Positions 63,871 through 64,000 of a stretch of DNA of 64,000 bases are shown here, piece after piece. The DNA is from Camelus dromedarius (Eukaryota), in assembly GCF_036321535.1 (NCBI RefSeq), contig NC_087436.1, positions 29,390,001 through 29,454,000 of the forward strand. The letters run 5' to 3'. Each line of letters opens with the position of its first letter. Positions within the stretch are counted from its first letter, which is position 1. Made by a program: the position numbers and the translations under genes. Under the pieces are notes generated by a model. That model searched no databases. It was not told where the DNA came from and saw nothing but the letters and a program-made list of their open reading frames with translations.

Positions 63871-64000
63871 ATGTGTGAAGAGGAATCAAAACATTTAAAC
63901 TAAATTATGTTTAAGGTCTTCTAAAATTGTTACATTATAACATTTAACGTGTTTATTTGAGATTAATAACAATATTAGTTTTATTTCATTTATTTCACAA

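Overview
AT-rich, CpG-poor eutherian mammal DNA that reads as intergenic or deep intronic. The youngest LINE-1 3' UTRs look cetartiodactyl, probably camelid. This is an inference from remembered consensus sequences and from the absence of Alu, B1, Bov-tA/BovB, PRE1 and carnivore SINEs. I recognise no cellular protein-coding exon, RNA gene, CRISPR array or prokaryote-type system. The only ORF-track peptides with clear homology are LINE-1 ORF2 C-terminal fragments (10918-11121, 49656-49913). Much of the window is layered transposon relics: old L2 and L3/CR1, L1M-type LINEs, MaLR (MLT1), ERVL (MLT2, MER21, MER77, LTR41/52-like) and ERV1 solo LTRs, MER5 and Tigger MITEs, and several lineage-specific L1 insertions. 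Unique blocks between them look like candidate conserved enhancers. The most notable observations are: (1) an ERV1 solo LTR with a phased CCAAT array, two octamers and an intact TATA box; (2) two twin-primed, 5'-inverted L1 insertions; (3) nested fold-back palindromes in AT-rich tracts; (4) PBX-HOX/MEIS/TCF motif clusters in unique sequence; (5) one symmetric, stop-free exon-like segment. Repeat subfamily names are by-eye recall and need RepeatMasker/Dfam confirmation. Boundaries of old repeats are approximate.
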